Shown here in pieces: positions 1-10,973 of a DNA stretch of 64,000 nt. The position numbers and the translations under genes are program-made. The notes beneath the pieces are model-generated. The model worked only from the letters and a program-made list of their open reading frames with translations, ran no database searches and was not told the origin of the DNA. This DNA comes from Alkalispirochaeta sp. (GTDB lineage: Bacteria > Spirochaetota > Spirochaetia > DSM-27196 > Alkalispirochaetaceae): assembly GCA_965601925.1 (NCBI GenBank), contig OZ271854.1:3904001-3968000 (forward strand). Direction: 5' to 3'. Position 1 is the first letter of the stretch, and every line of letters starts with the position of its first letter.

Positions 1-2763
1 GTATTCAAGGTCCTGGCCCAGCGTGAGACCGCCCCCAAAAAAGTGTAGCCGATGATTTTGATTGAACGGATCGGGGCGCCAACCCTCGTCGTCGGTCTCG
101 CGGTAGCCACCCTCCAGTTCCGTGGTAAGCGGACCGGTAATGAGGGTCACCGACCCGTCGTAGGCGCCGTTCAAGGGTGGCAGATTGGAGGTGGCCCGTA
201 CCCGCTGCTGTGCGCCCCATTGATCCCACTGCAGTAGTGCGACGGTTTGGTGGGTGCTGATATCCTCTTCATTCCAATCGCCCCAACGACTATCGTAACG
301 GGGCGAATCGTCGTCTTCCAACGCTTCAAACTCCCATCGATAGACCAGGGAGTTGAGCGTGTAGCTCAATGAGCTGGTGTCAAACACTCGCGTCCTCAAG
401 AGTGGGAAGAGCGATACGGAGCTGTTTTGCGTCGCCGAGAAGAGGCGGAATCGAAACGCCGCGGTACGGAGACTCTCGATTTCGCTTTCGGTAAGGTCGG
501 CCTCGATCGAAACGTCTTGGTAGCGCTGCTCCAACGCAAGGCTGTTGGAGACGGTAAAAAAACCTTCGGCGTCGCGCGTCGTTGCGGTCAGATCCATGCG
601 ATTGCGGGTCTGGAATGTGCTGTATTCCCAGTCCAGCGCCACGTCGCCGCCGCCATCCCACTCGTCCGAGTCGGTGAAGCGATCGTAACGCAGTGTGGGA
701 CGGACCGTATAGCCGAGTGAGAATCCTCCCAGGGCGTCGAGATCGATCCCGCCGGCGTTTCCGGCCAGATCGGGTAATCGAAACTCCGATTCGGCTTCGT
801 CGTCCTCGCGTCTCGGCGTCTCCTCCCACGGAGGACGGAGCACCGGGCCGGCCTCACCATGTTCCGCATCGGACGGATCGTCTTCTTCGGTATCGTCGTC
901 CGGCAGCGCGGTCGCCGGGCGCGGCCAACGGATGAGCGTGCCGCCGAATTGGAGCGCCAGCTCCGGAAGCAGGAGCGATTGCGGATAGAAAAAGCGCTCT
1001 TCCGGGCTTAGATTACTTTCCGGAAGCGTTACGGCGTCGGGTAGATCATCGGCGTCACGAGTGCGCCAGTCGAGCACCGTTCGAAACGTCGTGACCGAGA
1101 AGTTGTCGACCCAAGGAACGACGGCATCGGGAAGCCGTGGGCGCCACGAGAGGTTGAGCTGCCATTGCGCCGAGGACACCGTGGCGTCGCTCTCCTCCTC
1201 CTCACCTTCGGTAGCGCTGTTCAGGAGAAAACTCCAGTCCATGCCCTCGCTGCGATCGGCGAAATCGCGCCGAAACTCGGGATCCGAGAGCAGAAGCATT
1301 TCGAGGCTGACCGAGAGTGACGCCAGGGAGAGTTCGGTACTGATCTCTCCCTCATATCGAAATGGGGTGGTTCGGCCGAAAAAAAACCCCGAGTTCCAGT
1401 GTTGCCGCGCGTTACCGTCTTCATCGACGTACCACGAGGAATACACACCGTTGTCGAAATAGATATTGCGACTCGCCGCAATGCCCACGCGCCAATCGAG
1501 TCGATTGAACGGTCCGAGACTAGGCAGCGACCCGTCTACACCGGTATACGCTCCGAGCGTTGTATAGACGTCGGCCATGAGTTTGAGGCTCCAGTCGGGA
1601 GGGTCCGGCTCGACGGGTTCGTCGGGAATACGAAGAAAGAGCCCGTCGATAACGCGTTCCGAGTCGTCCGGCGTCTCGGCCAGTTGCATAATCGAGACCG
1701 GTGCGTCGCGCTCCTCGCTTTGGCCGATGAAGTACGTCGTCGTCTGGATGAACGCACCCTCGCGCGTCTCGGTTCCTACGGCGGGATGAAAAAAGAGACG
1801 ATCGCCGGGAAGGAAAAACACCGGTAGGTAGAACGTCGGCACACGACCCACGTACAACACGGCGCGACGAAGTCCCCACTCACCCGGGGCGAGAATCCAG
1901 ATGCGCTGTGCCCGTATACGATAGTTGGGCGGATCGGCGCGCGAGGAGGTGATGGTGCCGCGATCGACGACGATGATCTCCTGTGAGGAGCGTGAGATGA
2001 GCTCCCCTTGGACCGAAAACTCTACCTCTTCGGCCTCGAGGTCCTCCCGCGTCTCCGTGATTCCCTGAATGAAGATTCCTTCCCACGTATCGATCTCGAA
2101 TACGATCGTGTCACCGGCGAACTGCTCGCTCCCGTCGGGGCGATCGGTGGTATAGGTAACGCCGCCGATCGCCGCCAAGGTGTTGCGGTCGAGGTTAAGT
2201 GTGATCTCTTGCGCCTCGATCCTATGGACGGCGTCGCCGTCTTCCATGGTGAGGATCACTCCTCCGGCGAGACGCAGATACTGCTCGTCGGTCTGCTCGA
2301 CGGTGAAAAACTCGCTCCCCCGGGCGCGCTCGATGCGAGCCAGAGAAGTGCTGCCGTCCGGCTCTTCGGATACGGGCAGATTTGCCCGATCGAGACCGTA
2401 GTACTCGAGGATACGATCCTCCACCTCCCGACGGCTGCCGCGAGTGCTTAAGCCGAGCACACGGGCCCAATCGAGGAGTTCGGCGGGACGTGTCGATTCG
2501 AGATCCGCGAGAATAGTCGAATCAAACAGCGACTGAGGCTCCGGCTCACCCTCTTCGGAACCCGGTGCGGTACCGTCCCCAGCCTCTGCGGTTGCGCCGT
2601 CGTCACCCTCCCCCGGATCCTGTGCAATACCGTCCTCCGTCTCGACGGCCGGTTCATCCTCGACCGGCTCATCGGCCGCCTGCGCCGAAGCGAGTGATGA
2701 TACAAAAACGAGAAGTACGATCGCTAACGGTAGCTGCGAGAGTGACAGGCGGCGGCGAACCAT
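1..2763 (-). CDS. lptD: LptD-like outer-membrane protein, spirochaete type; 3' end runs off the window
   Basis: Partly translated by hand: ATG at 2763, MVRRRLSLSQLPLAIVLLVFVSSLASAQ signal peptide, acidic linker, then RIERARGSEFFTVEQTDEQYLRLAGGVILTMED...HRIEAQEITLNLDRNTLAAIGGVTY (OstA-like region). Segments translated near 720-960 and 1-48 are also open, and the track lists no stop-terminated ORF in this frame. Sits downstream of uvrA as in Treponema and Borrelia. Confidence 0.75.
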   Translation of the reverse strand, partial: MVRRRLSLSQLPLAIVLLVFVSSLASAQAADEPVEDEPAVETEDGIAQDPGEGDDGATAEAGDGTAPGSEEGEPEPQSLFDSTILADLESTRPAELLDWARVLGLSTRGSRREVEDRILEYYGLDRANLPVSEEPDGSTSLARIERARGSEFFTVEQTDEQYLRLAGGVILTMEDGDAVHRIEAQEITLNLDRNTLAAIGGVTYTTDRPDGSEQFAGDTIVFEIDTWEGIFIQGITETREDLEAEEVEFSVQGELISRSSQEIIVVDRGTITSSRADPPNYRIRAQRIWILAPGEWGLRRAVLYVGRVPTFYLPVFFLPGDRLFFHPAVGTETREGAFIQTTTYFIGQSEERDAPVSIMQLAETPDDSERVIDGLFLRIPDEPVEPDPPDWSLKLMADVYTTLGAYTGVDGSLPSLGPFNRLDWRVGIAASRNIYFDNGVYSSWYVDEDGNARQHWNSGFFFGRTTPFRYEGEISTELSLASLSVSLEMLLLSDPEFRRDFADRSEGMDWSFLLNSATEGEEEESDATVSSAQWQLNLSWRPRLPDAVVPWVDNFSVTTFRTVLDWRTRDADDLPDAVTLPESNLSPEERFFYPQSLLLPELALQFGGTLIRWPRPATALPDDDTEEDDPSDAEHGEAGPVLRPPWEETPRREDDEAESEFRLPDLAGNAGGIDLDALGGFSLGYTVRPTLRYDRFTDSDEWDGGGDVALDWEYSTFQTRNRMDLTATTRDAEGFFTVSNSLALEQRYQDVSIEADLTESEIESLRTAAFRFRLFSATQNSSVSLFPLLRTRVFDTSSLSYTLNSLVYRWEFEALEDDDSPRYDSRWGDWNEEDISTHQTVALLQWDQWGAQQRVRATSNLPPLNGAYDGSVTLITGPLTTELEGGYRETDDEGWRPDPFNQNHRLHFFGGGLTLGQDLEY

Positions 2764-2856
2764 CGCCACAGTATGTACCGGAAACGGGACGCCGTGCCCA
2801 GAGGGGGCGATGACAATAGTGCGCGCAACGCGATGATATCGACCGCTCTCGGCGCG

Positions 2857-5748
2857 CTATACGGCGCGTGAGCGCGCATCGCTCGTGTCGTCGAGTGCCA
2901 GCTTCGCCCGTTCCCGTCGCTCCATCGCTTCGGCGATAAAACGTCCGGTGTGCGAACTCGGTACCCGGGCGATCGCCTCAGGAGTCCCCGTTGCGACGAC
3001 GGTCCCACCGCGGTCGCCTCCCTCGGGGCCGAGATCGACGATATTGTCGGCCTGCAGGATTACGTCGAGATTGTGCTCGATGAGAATTACCGTATTGCCG
3101 CGATCGACGAGCAGTTGCAGAACCTCCATGAGCTTCTCCACATCGGCGAAGTGCAGACCCGTCGTCGGCTCGTCGAGGATGTACAGCGTCTTTCCCGTGC
3201 TTCGTTTACTGAGTTCCAGCGAGAGCTTGACGCGCTGCGCCTCTCCGCCGGAAAGCGTAAGCGCGCTTTGTCCGAGTTTGATGTAGTCGAGCCCGACTTC
3301 ACTCAAGGTATCGAGGCGCCGCTTAATTTGCGGAATGGCGGAGAAAAAAGTCCGTGCTTCCTCGATGGGCATATCGAGCACCTCGTGAATGTTTTTACCT
3401 TTGTACCGGATATCAAGCGTCTCGTGGGTGAAGCGCTTCCCGTGGCACACGTCGCAGGTGACGTACACATCGGGTAGAAAGTGCATCTCTATCTTGATCG
3501 TTCCGGCTCCCTGACAGTTCTCGCACCGCCCGCCCTTTACGTTGAACGAGAAGCGCCCCGGCTTGTAGCCACGCGCTTTGGCCTCGGGAAGACTTGCGAA
3601 TAGCTCACGAATCGAGGTAAAGAGACCCACATAGGTCGCCGGGTTGGAACGCGGTGTACGGCCGATCGGGCTTTGGTCGATGTTGATGATCTTGTCGATG
3701 TGTTCGAAACCTTCCAGCGCATCATAGGCCGCCTCGGGTATGTGGTTGTGACGTCCTCGACTCACTCGATTGGCCAAAGCGGGATACAAGACGTCGGACA
3801 GAAGGGTGCTTTTTCCCGAACCGGAGACGCCCGATATCACGTTCATCGCGCCGATGAGAAACTCCGCCGAGATGCTCTTGAGGTTGTGCTCCGTGGCGCC
3901 GGTGATGCGCAGGACGTGTCCGTTCCCCGCCCGCCGCGTGTCGGGAATCTGCAGCGACTTGCGCCCCGAGAGCCACGGACCGGTAACGCTGTGCGGATTG
4001 TCCATGACCTCTTGCGGCGTACCCTGGGCAACGACCTCTCCACCGTGCACACCCGCTCCGGGTCCGAGATCCACGACGTGGTCCGCTTCCAACAGCGTCT
4101 GCTCGTCGTGCTCGACGACCAGGAGTGTATTTCCGAGGTCACGGAGGTGAAGCAACGTCTTCAATAACCGCTCGTTGTCCCGTTGGTGTAACCCGATCGT
4201 CGGCTCGTCGAGAACGTAGAGCACCCCGACCAGCTGCGATCCGATTTGGGTCGCCAGCCGAATGCGTTGCGCCTCGCCTCCCGAGAGCGTCGCCGCCGAT
4301 CGATCGAGTGTCAGATAGTCGAGCCCGACGCTTTGCATGAATCCCAAACGGGAGCGAATCTCCTTCAAAATCTCGGCTGCGATCGCGGCCTCGGTCTCGG
4401 TGAGCGACAACTCGTCGAAGAAGCGCAATGAGTCGGTGACCGCCATGGAGGCGAGGTCGTAAATGCTCTTGTCGTTAACCAATACCGCAAGCGCCTCGGG
4501 GCGCAGCCGTTTACCCCCGCAGGCGTTACACACCCGCTCGGTCATAAACGATTCGAACCACTCGCGCATCTGGCTCGAGGCCGTTTCGCGATACCGCCGC
4601 TCGAGATCGGGAATGATACCGGGAAACGGACGGTGGTACTCGACTCGTCCCTCGCCGTCCGGTTTCTCGTACACGTATCGCAAGCGGTCCTTGCTGCCGT
4701 AGAGGATTTGATCCATGACCGCATCGGGGATCGTCTCCAACGGTTGGCTCAAATCGAAACCCAGCATATCGGCCAGCGCCTCAAAGCGCGTGCGGTACCA
4801 CTGCGCTTTGGGATTATACGGGCGGATCCCGTGCTGGTCGAACGAGAGGCTTGTATCCGGCATAATGAGGCCCGGGTCGAACTCTTTGGTGACGCCGAGG
4901 CCCGAGCACGCCTCGCAGGCGCCGAATGGACTGTTGAACGAGAATAGGCGCGGCTCCAGCTCGGGAAAGGTAACGTTACTGTCCGGGTATGCGTAGTGCT
5001 GCGAGAACGACTGCTCCTCGAACTCGTCCTTGGCGCGCTCGATCAACACGACGACCGTTCCGCCGGAGGTCTCCAACGCCGCCTCGAGCGCCTCGACGGT
5101 GCGTTTTCGCGCCTCCCCCCCGATCTTGATGCGGTCCACCACGATTTCGATGGAGTGTTTGCGCTTTTTGTCGAGTTGAATGTCTTCGTCGAGCGATATG
5201 ATCTCGCCGTCGACGCGTACGCGTGCGAAACCCGCCTTGCGCGCATCGTCCAAAACGCGTTGGTGAATACCCTTGCGACCGCGGACCACCGGTGAGAGGA
5301 CCATCATGCGGCTGCCTTCCGGGTACGCCAGGACGCGCTCGATAATCTCGTCCACGGTCTGTTTCTCGATGCGTTTACCGCTCGCCGGGTCGTGCGGTAC
5401 TCCGATACGGGCGAAGAGCAAGCGGTAGTAATCCCATATCTCGGTAATCGTACCGACGGTCGACCGGGGATTGCGGTTGGTCGTCTTCTGCTCGATAGAG
5501 ATCGCCGGCGACAGCCCCTCGATGTAGTCGACGTTCGGTTTGTCCATGCGGCCGAGAAACTGGCGCGCGTAGGATGAGAGAGATTCGACATACCGGCGTT
5601 GGCCTTCCGCGAAAATGGTGTCGAAAGCCAGCGACGATTTTCCCGAGCCGCTCATGCCGGAGACGACGATAAACTGATCGCGGGGCAAATCGAGATCGAT
5701 ATTTTTGAGGTTGTGCTCTCGTGCACCTTTGACGAAAATTCTGTTCAT
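2857..5748 (-). CDS. uvrA: Excinuclease ABC subunit A
   Basis: 963 aa; GAREHNLKNI, two Walker A motifs (GMSGSGKS, GVSGSGKS), two LSGGEAQR signatures, CxxC zinc fingers. Confidence 0.99.
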   Translation of the reverse strand: MNRIFVKGAREHNLKNIDLDLPRDQFIVVSGMSGSGKSSLAFDTIFAEGQRRYVESLSSYARQFLGRMDKPNVDYIEGLSPAISIEQKTTNRNPRSTVGTITEIWDYYRLLFARIGVPHDPASGKRIEKQTVDEIIERVLAYPEGSRMMVLSPVVRGRKGIHQRVLDDARKAGFARVRVDGEIISLDEDIQLDKKRKHSIEIVVDRIKIGGEARKRTVEALEAALETSGGTVVVLIERAKDEFEEQSFSQHYAYPDSNVTFPELEPRLFSFNSPFGACEACSGLGVTKEFDPGLIMPDTSLSFDQHGIRPYNPKAQWYRTRFEALADMLGFDLSQPLETIPDAVMDQILYGSKDRLRYVYEKPDGEGRVEYHRPFPGIIPDLERRYRETASSQMREWFESFMTERVCNACGGKRLRPEALAVLVNDKSIYDLASMAVTDSLRFFDELSLTETEAAIAAEILKEIRSRLGFMQSVGLDYLTLDRSAATLSGGEAQRIRLATQIGSQLVGVLYVLDEPTIGLHQRDNERLLKTLLHLRDLGNTLLVVEHDEQTLLEADHVVDLGPGAGVHGGEVVAQGTPQEVMDNPHSVTGPWLSGRKSLQIPDTRRAGNGHVLRITGATEHNLKSISAEFLIGAMNVISGVSGSGKSTLLSDVLYPALANRVSRGRHNHIPEAAYDALEGFEHIDKIINIDQSPIGRTPRSNPATYVGLFTSIRELFASLPEAKARGYKPGRFSFNVKGGRCENCQGAGTIKIEMHFLPDVYVTCDVCHGKRFTHETLDIRYKGKNIHEVLDMPIEEARTFFSAIPQIKRRLDTLSEVGLDYIKLGQSALTLSGGEAQRVKLSLELSKRSTGKTLYILDEPTTGLHFADVEKLMEVLQLLVDRGNTVILIEHNLDVILQADNIVDLGPEGGDRGGTVVATGTPEAIARVPSSHTGRFIAEAMERRERAKLALDDTSDARSRAV

Positions 5749-5771
5749 GTTGCGCGCTGTAAGCTACGCAA

Positions 5772-6662
5772 TTATGACCTCGCTGACAACGCCTCGTCGA
5801 GATTGTGACGAATACCCGCCGCCGCGGCCTCGGCGCCGTCGAAACCGCTCGACTCAAGAGCGCCGGCCAAATCGCGAAGTGTAGCCTCAAAGGCGCGATC
5901 CTGCAGATACTCGGCGACTTCCGGGTGTAGATCCGCCGTTTGAAGAAAACTCGCAACCGTTTCGAACTGGTAGTCGAAGCGGCGCTCAATGATCGCATCC
6001 ACCGCGCGACTGGCAATCTCGACTACACCGAATAAAAGGTGCTCGACCGCCAAATCGATATCGCCTTGTCCCCTCCGTCGCATGAGATATCTGCCGTACT
6101 GCAGGTGGGCGTTAAGGGACTGTGGAAAGTCGAGACGATACAGCACCAGGACGCGGTCGAGTCCCCGCCTGAGGAGAAGTTCCAACATCGCCTCGCGTTG
6201 ATTGTTATCGTCCCTACCGGCAAAGACGGGATCTCGATTGACTACCGAGAGGAGCATGGTACGATAATCACGTTCCTCACCGATCTGGTCGTACATGCGC
6301 GCCAACTCCAAACGCAGTGCGTACTCATCGTCGGGTACATCGAGATGCGCGGCCTGATCCAACGCCTCACGGTAGAAGTTCTCGGCGAGAACGAGATCGG
6401 CTTCTGCGCGATAGATACGGGCAATACCGATCAACGCCTCGGGATAGATGGGTTGTAGCTCCAGAGCATGCGAATAGAGTTGGAGGGCCAAGGCGTAGTC
6501 TTGTTCGCCGCCTACCGCGTCGTTGGACAACAGCTCCGCGCGGCGGAAGTACACCCACGCCGGCACGGTGTCCGTGGAATCTTCCGTGGCCTGGGCCGAC
6601 GTATCGGTTGGACTTGTCAGCGTAATGGTTACGACGACTAGGACGAGGAGAGCGAGTCTCAT
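5772..6662 (-). CDS. Exported tetratricopeptide-repeat protein
   Basis: Signal peptide MRLALLVLVVVTITLTSPTDTSA; TPR-like helices (DYALALQLYSHALELQPIYPEALIGIARIY). Start placed at 6662 (the track gives 6680). Confidence 0.7.
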   Translation of the reverse strand: MRLALLVLVVVTITLTSPTDTSAQATEDSTDTVPAWVYFRRAELLSNDAVGGEQDYALALQLYSHALELQPIYPEALIGIARIYRAEADLVLAENFYREALDQAAHLDVPDDEYALRLELARMYDQIGEERDYRTMLLSVVNRDPVFAGRDDNNQREAMLELLLRRGLDRVLVLYRLDFPQSLNAHLQYGRYLMRRRGQGDIDLAVEHLLFGVVEIASRAVDAIIERRFDYQFETVASFLQTADLHPEVAEYLQDRAFEATLRDLAGALESSGFDGAEAAAAGIRHNLDEALSARS

Positions 6663-6762
6663 ACGTCCATTATCGGCCATGTACCGGGGTGTGAATAGCG
6701 CGAGCCGACGCGTCCCGAGCTGAGACGTCGCCGGCTCACGGCGAAACGGGAGGATCGGCGCG

Positions 6763-7197
6763 TTAGCCGACCACGCCCAAGAGGAAGACCATCACGAAAA
6801 GCGCAACGGTCTCTACCAGTCCGAGGACCAACAGATAGTTACCGAATCCCTTTCCCGTTTCCGTAAGGGCGTCCGAGGCCACCGCGCCGGCCTTGCCTTG
6901 AAACCACGCGGAAAAGCCCATTGCCATACCGCCGGGAATACCGGCGCCGATCAACAACCACGGGTCCGCACCGGCTTGCGCTGCCGCGGCCAGGGCATTC
7001 ATGAGGATGAGGCCGTAGATCGTCTGCGTAAGCGGTGCGCCGACAAAGGCCACGAGAAGGAACGGAGCCGGCTTGTTTTGTACGAACGCCTTCTTCCACG
7101 CCCCTACGGCGGACATACCGGCGGTACCGGCGCCGAGGGCTGATCCCATCGCCGCAAACGCGAGAGCCGAGCCGACTCCAAGAAGTCCGATATTCAT
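6763..7197 (-). CDS. ntpK: V/A-type ATP synthase subunit K (proteolipid)
   Basis: 144 aa, four hydrophobic helices, PLTQTIY, FQG and VETVALF motifs; strong AAGGAG ribosome-binding site. Confidence 0.95.
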   Translation of the reverse strand: MNIGLLGVGSALAFAAMGSALGAGTAGMSAVGAWKKAFVQNKPAPFLLVAFVGAPLTQTIYGLILMNALAAAAQAGADPWLLIGAGIPGGMAMGFSAWFQGKAGAVASDALTETGKGFGNYLLVLGLVETVALFVMVFLLGVVG

Positions 7198-7225
7198 GTG
7201 TTACATCTCCTTATCAGTAGCAAAT

Positions 7226-9067
7226 TTACCGCGTTCTGAACGGGGCGTATTCGACCCCGGTCCATTCCATACCAAGGTGTCCTGAAAACTCCAGCATGTT
7301 AAGCCTCACTCCGTGGACCACCACCGAGAGAGCTCCCATCGCGAGGTTGAGGCTATGTCCCAAAAAGAGCACGAGAGCCGCCGCAATCGCACCGACCGCG
7401 CCGTCCATACCCGCCGCGATGCCCTGAGCCATGCCGTTGAAGGCCTCCGCGATCGCCAGTGAGGCGAGACCCACGGCGTACAGACGGATGTACGATATAA
7501 TGTCCGAGAAGGCGCTAATTCCGTCCAAGGCGGTCGTGATGAATCCACCGAGTCCGCGAAGGATGCCTGCGAAAAACCCGCTCCCCTCCTCCTGTGAGCC
7601 GAAGAGGAACACCGCCGCGAGGCCGCCCGCGATCATATACAATGCGTAGTCCGGCATCGGATAGAGACTGGGATCGAGCACTAACTGAAGGACTAAATAG
7701 TAGAGCCCCAGCACCATCGAGAGCCAACCGAGCTGCGCAATGGCGGCGATACGAGGTTTGCGACGTACCTCGCGCAGGAAGTTCCAAATGTGGGCGATCG
7801 AAAGGTGGATCGTGCCGATGACGAAACACACGTACTGAATCAGTTGTGCGCTCGCATCGTTGTCGATCGAGATACTCGGTATCACCACATCGCGCAGGAA
7901 CGGCAGATCGTTGAACGGCGCGTATCCGAACCAGTTGCCGGTAATCGCTCCCCATACGACGGTCGCCGAACTGAGAACGAGCATGAGTACCGTTCCGGTA
8001 CCGATCGGTTTACCACGTCCCGTTCCACGGATCGCTGAGAACAACGTACCGCCCAAGAGGATCAGTCCATATCCCCCGTCGCCGATGATCATGGCGAAGA
8101 AGACGACGAAAAACGCCAGGAAGAAGAACGAAATATCCATCTCGCGATACCCCGGAACGGTGCCGAGAAGGTCGAAGACCGGTTTGATGATGCCGATCGG
8201 CTTGGGGTTGCGCGTCTTGGTCGGGACCTGTTCCTCGTCTTGGGGGTCGCGCACCACCACGCCCCATCCATTGGTCTTCGCGGTGCTCCGCACGTCGTCG
8301 ACGATATCGTGGGGTGCGAAGCCGGTGATCCAGCTCAGTTCCTTGTCGGAGTCCATACTCGCGCGAACGGTTGCAAACTCGATATCGCGTCCCAACTGTT
8401 CGCGGGCAGCGAGGATGGTCGGTCTTCTCGACGCGAGAGATCGCAACTCCGCGGCAATGTCGGCGATGCGTACGTCAACTTCGTCACGCCGTGCCGCGAT
8501 TTCGGCGGTCGACCGATCGGGAAGCGCGATCGGGGCGACATCGTCGGGTAAGGTCTCCTCCCCGACCGCTATCCCCGCGACACGCACCAGTGTCTTGGAG
8601 CGCGACACCTCGATGACGTTGGGAAGGCGCTCTATCAGCTCGCCGGCCGCATCGGCCGTCACCTCGTACAGCCCAACTTGCACGCCACCCGTCCGGAGGG
8701 TGGCGATCCGAGCCGGATCGACGCCGCCCCATGGAGCAAGACGTTCCGTCTCGCGCACGAGGCGCTCGCGTTCGTCTACGAGTTGACTCTCCTCGTCGGT
8801 GAGATGTTGGCAGCGCTCGGCTATCGTGAGCGCCTCATCGACGGCCTCGTCGCCGGAACGACGCGACCGTTCCGCGGACTCGCCTTCGGGAATTACCGTC
8901 AGTGCGTGGTCGACGGCGCTGAGTTGACTCCGCAAATGCTCGGCGCGATCGGCCTCGACGCGGTCGGTAAAGACGTGAAGCACTCCCAGCTCGCCGAGTT
9001 CCGCGAGCGTCTCGTGTTCCAGCGATTTCAGCGTCACTACCGAGACTTTCTTCATCGGAACGATCAT
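7226..9067 (-). CDS. ntpI: V/A-type ATP synthase subunit I
   Basis: MIVPMKKV start, GDGGYG, SDIISYIRLYAVGLA, HGVRLNMLEF motifs. Confidence 0.96.
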   Translation of the reverse strand: MIVPMKKVSVVTLKSLEHETLAELGELGVLHVFTDRVEADRAEHLRSQLSAVDHALTVIPEGESAERSRRSGDEAVDEALTIAERCQHLTDEESQLVDERERLVRETERLAPWGGVDPARIATLRTGGVQVGLYEVTADAAGELIERLPNVIEVSRSKTLVRVAGIAVGEETLPDDVAPIALPDRSTAEIAARRDEVDVRIADIAAELRSLASRRPTILAAREQLGRDIEFATVRASMDSDKELSWITGFAPHDIVDDVRSTAKTNGWGVVVRDPQDEEQVPTKTRNPKPIGIIKPVFDLLGTVPGYREMDISFFFLAFFVVFFAMIIGDGGYGLILLGGTLFSAIRGTGRGKPIGTGTVLMLVLSSATVVWGAITGNWFGYAPFNDLPFLRDVVIPSISIDNDASAQLIQYVCFVIGTIHLSIAHIWNFLREVRRKPRIAAIAQLGWLSMVLGLYYLVLQLVLDPSLYPMPDYALYMIAGGLAAVFLFGSQEEGSGFFAGILRGLGGFITTALDGISAFSDIISYIRLYAVGLASLAIAEAFNGMAQGIAAGMDGAVGAIAAALVLFLGHSLNLAMGALSVVVHGVRLNMLEFSGHLGMEWTGVEYAPFRTR

Positions 9068-9657
9068 GACGCCACCTTCGTTAAGTTACGTTTGGCGATC
9101 TTGCCGCGTACGACGGCGGCGGTCTGTTGATCACCGAGATAGATCCGAATCATACGGATGTTCTCTTTCGTTTCGGGAATTTTGACCTTCTCGAAGAGAT
9201 TTACACGCTGCGTGGTGGTGCGAAGCTCCTCGCCGAGAAGGCGGAGCTGCTCGGCGAGAATCTTGAGCTTAGCGTCGAGCTCCAGGACCGAGCGAAGCGC
9301 TTTTACGCCGCCGTCGAGCCACGTCGGTGTACTCACGAGGTCCCAGCGTCGGTCTACGAAGATGAGATCCTCGAATACCGGGATATCGATTCCCGCGATG
9401 TTCCCGATCGAAGTTCCGATGCGTTCTACCTCCGCATAGGGCGTTACGTCGATACCGTCGGCGTAGACGCCGATCCACTCTACGAGATCCTTCCGTAGTT
9501 GCTCTTTGCTCCGCTTAAGGGCGTCGTACTCCTGCTCCACCTGGCGAATGACCATCTGCAGCTGTTGCTTCTTCAATTGCAGCGTCGGTAAGTACCGCTG
9601 GAAGCGTTTGAGCGCGTCCTTCTGCTTCTTGAGCTCGTTTTTGGTCAGCTTGACCAT
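9064..9657 (-). CDS. ntpD: V/A-type ATP synthase subunit D
   Basis: LKRFQRYLPTLQLKKQQL and TTQRVNLFEKVKIP motifs; ATG overlaps the subunit B stop. Confidence 0.96.
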   Translation of the reverse strand: MVKLTKNELKKQKDALKRFQRYLPTLQLKKQQLQMVIRQVEQEYDALKRSKEQLRKDLVEWIGVYADGIDVTPYAEVERIGTSIGNIAGIDIPVFEDLIFVDRRWDLVSTPTWLDGGVKALRSVLELDAKLKILAEQLRLLGEELRTTTQRVNLFEKVKIPETKENIRMIRIYLGDQQTAAVVRGKIAKRNLTKVAS

Positions 9658-10973
9658 CAGGCCGAGGCCTCCTGGGCCCGTTCGGCCGGCCAAAACTTCT
9701 TGATCAGCTCAGACTTGAGGCCCGTTTCTTGAGACTCAAAACATTCGGCCATGATGCGCCACCCTCGGTCCAGCGCCTCTTCGAGAGGAACGTTGACCGA
9801 AAGGTCCATCATATGGCGCTCGAACATCTGTCCGTATTTGAGCAGCTTGTCGTCCCATTCGCTCATCCGAAAGCCCATCGATTTCTTCTCTTGGCTCTCT
9901 TTACACGCCGCGTACAGCTTGATCATGCCGTCCATGATCGCACGATGATCGTCACGTGTCTTATCGTTGACCTGCTGCTTGAGGCGGGAGAGGGAACCGA
10001 ACGGCTCGATCCTTCCGTTGCGCAGATAGTACTGACCCTCGGTGATGTATCCCGTATTGTCCGGGACCGGGTGCGTCACGTCGTCACCGGGCATCGTGGT
10101 GACGCCCAAAATGGTGATGGAGCCCGCACCCTCGAAGTCGACCGCCTTTTCGTAGCGTGAGGCGAGCTGACTGTAGAGGTCGCCCGGGTAGCCACGGTTT
10201 GACGGCACTTGCTCCTGGGTGATGGCAATCTCTTTCATCGCGTCGGCGAAGTTGGTCATATCGGTCAGAAGAACCAACACGCGCTCACCTTTAAGGGCGA
10301 ACTTCTCGGCGACCGCCAAACTAATGTCGGGCACGAGAAGCGCCTCGACCACCGGGTCGCTCGCGGTGTGCACGAACATGATCGTACGGCTTAGGGCGCC
10401 GCCGTTCTCCAGAGTGTCCTTGAAATACAAATAGTCGTCGTGCTTAAGTCCGATGCCGCCCAGGATGATGATGTCGACCTCCGCCTGCATCGCGATTCGC
10501 GCCAACAGCGGATTATACGGCTCTCCACTCACGCTGAAGATGGGGAGCTTTTGGCTCTCGACGAGGGTATTGAAGAGGTCGATCATCGGGATACCGGTGC
10601 GAATCATGTTGCGGGGAATGATACGCTTGGCCGGGTTGACCGACGGGCCGCCGATCTCGATCAGGTTGTCGGTCAACTGCGGTCCGTTGTCACGGGGCTG
10701 ACCCGAACCGTCGAAGATGCGCCCCAGCAGATTGTCCGAAAAGGATACCTGCATAGGGTGGCCGAGAAAACGCAACTCGTCTCCGGTCGAGATACCGCGC
10801 CCACCGGCGTACACCTGAAGGCTCACCTCGTCGCCGCGCAACCGGATAACCTCAGCCAGCGAGTCACCGTAGCGACTCGCGACGACGGCAAGCTCTCCGT
10901 AGTTGACGCCCGACGCCTTAACGTTGATGACGTTTCCGACGATCGACTCGATTCGGCTGTATACCTTACGCAT
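9657..10973 (-). CDS. ntpB: V/A-type ATP synthase subunit B
   Basis: [40 protein letters not shown] motifs. Confidence 0.97.
   Translation of the reverse strand: MRKVYSRIESIVGNVINVKASGVNYGELAVVASRYGDSLAEVIRLRGDEVSLQVYAGGRGISTGDELRFLGHPMQVSFSDNLLGRIFDGSGQPRDNGPQLTDNLIEIGGPSVNPAKRIIPRNMIRTGIPMIDLFNTLVESQKLPIFSVSGEPYNPLLARIAMQAEVDIIILGGIGLKHDDYLYFKDTLENGGALSRTIMFVHTASDPVVEALLVPDISLAVAEKFALKGERVLVLLTDMTNFADAMKEIAITQEQVPSNRGYPGDLYSQLASRYEKAVDFEGAGSITILGVTTMPGDDVTHPVPDNTGYITEGQYYLRNGRIEPFGSLSRLKQQVNDKTRDDHRAIMDGMIKLYAACKESQEKKSMGFRMSEWDDKLLKYGQMFERHMMDLSVNVPLEEALDRGWRIMAECFESQETGLKSELIKKFWPAERAQEASA

Noticed and set aside
5749..5800. SOS/LexA box upstream of uvrA
   Set aside because: No recognisable palindrome; uvrA is only 23 nt from the upstream TPR gene and may be co-transcribed with it.
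7860..8786. Long antisense ORFs (for example 7860-8786, 22847-23776, 42267-43676, 59251-60288, 62801-63988)
   Set aside because: Shadows of well-supported genes on the opposite strand, expected with GC-rich codon bias; no motifs.
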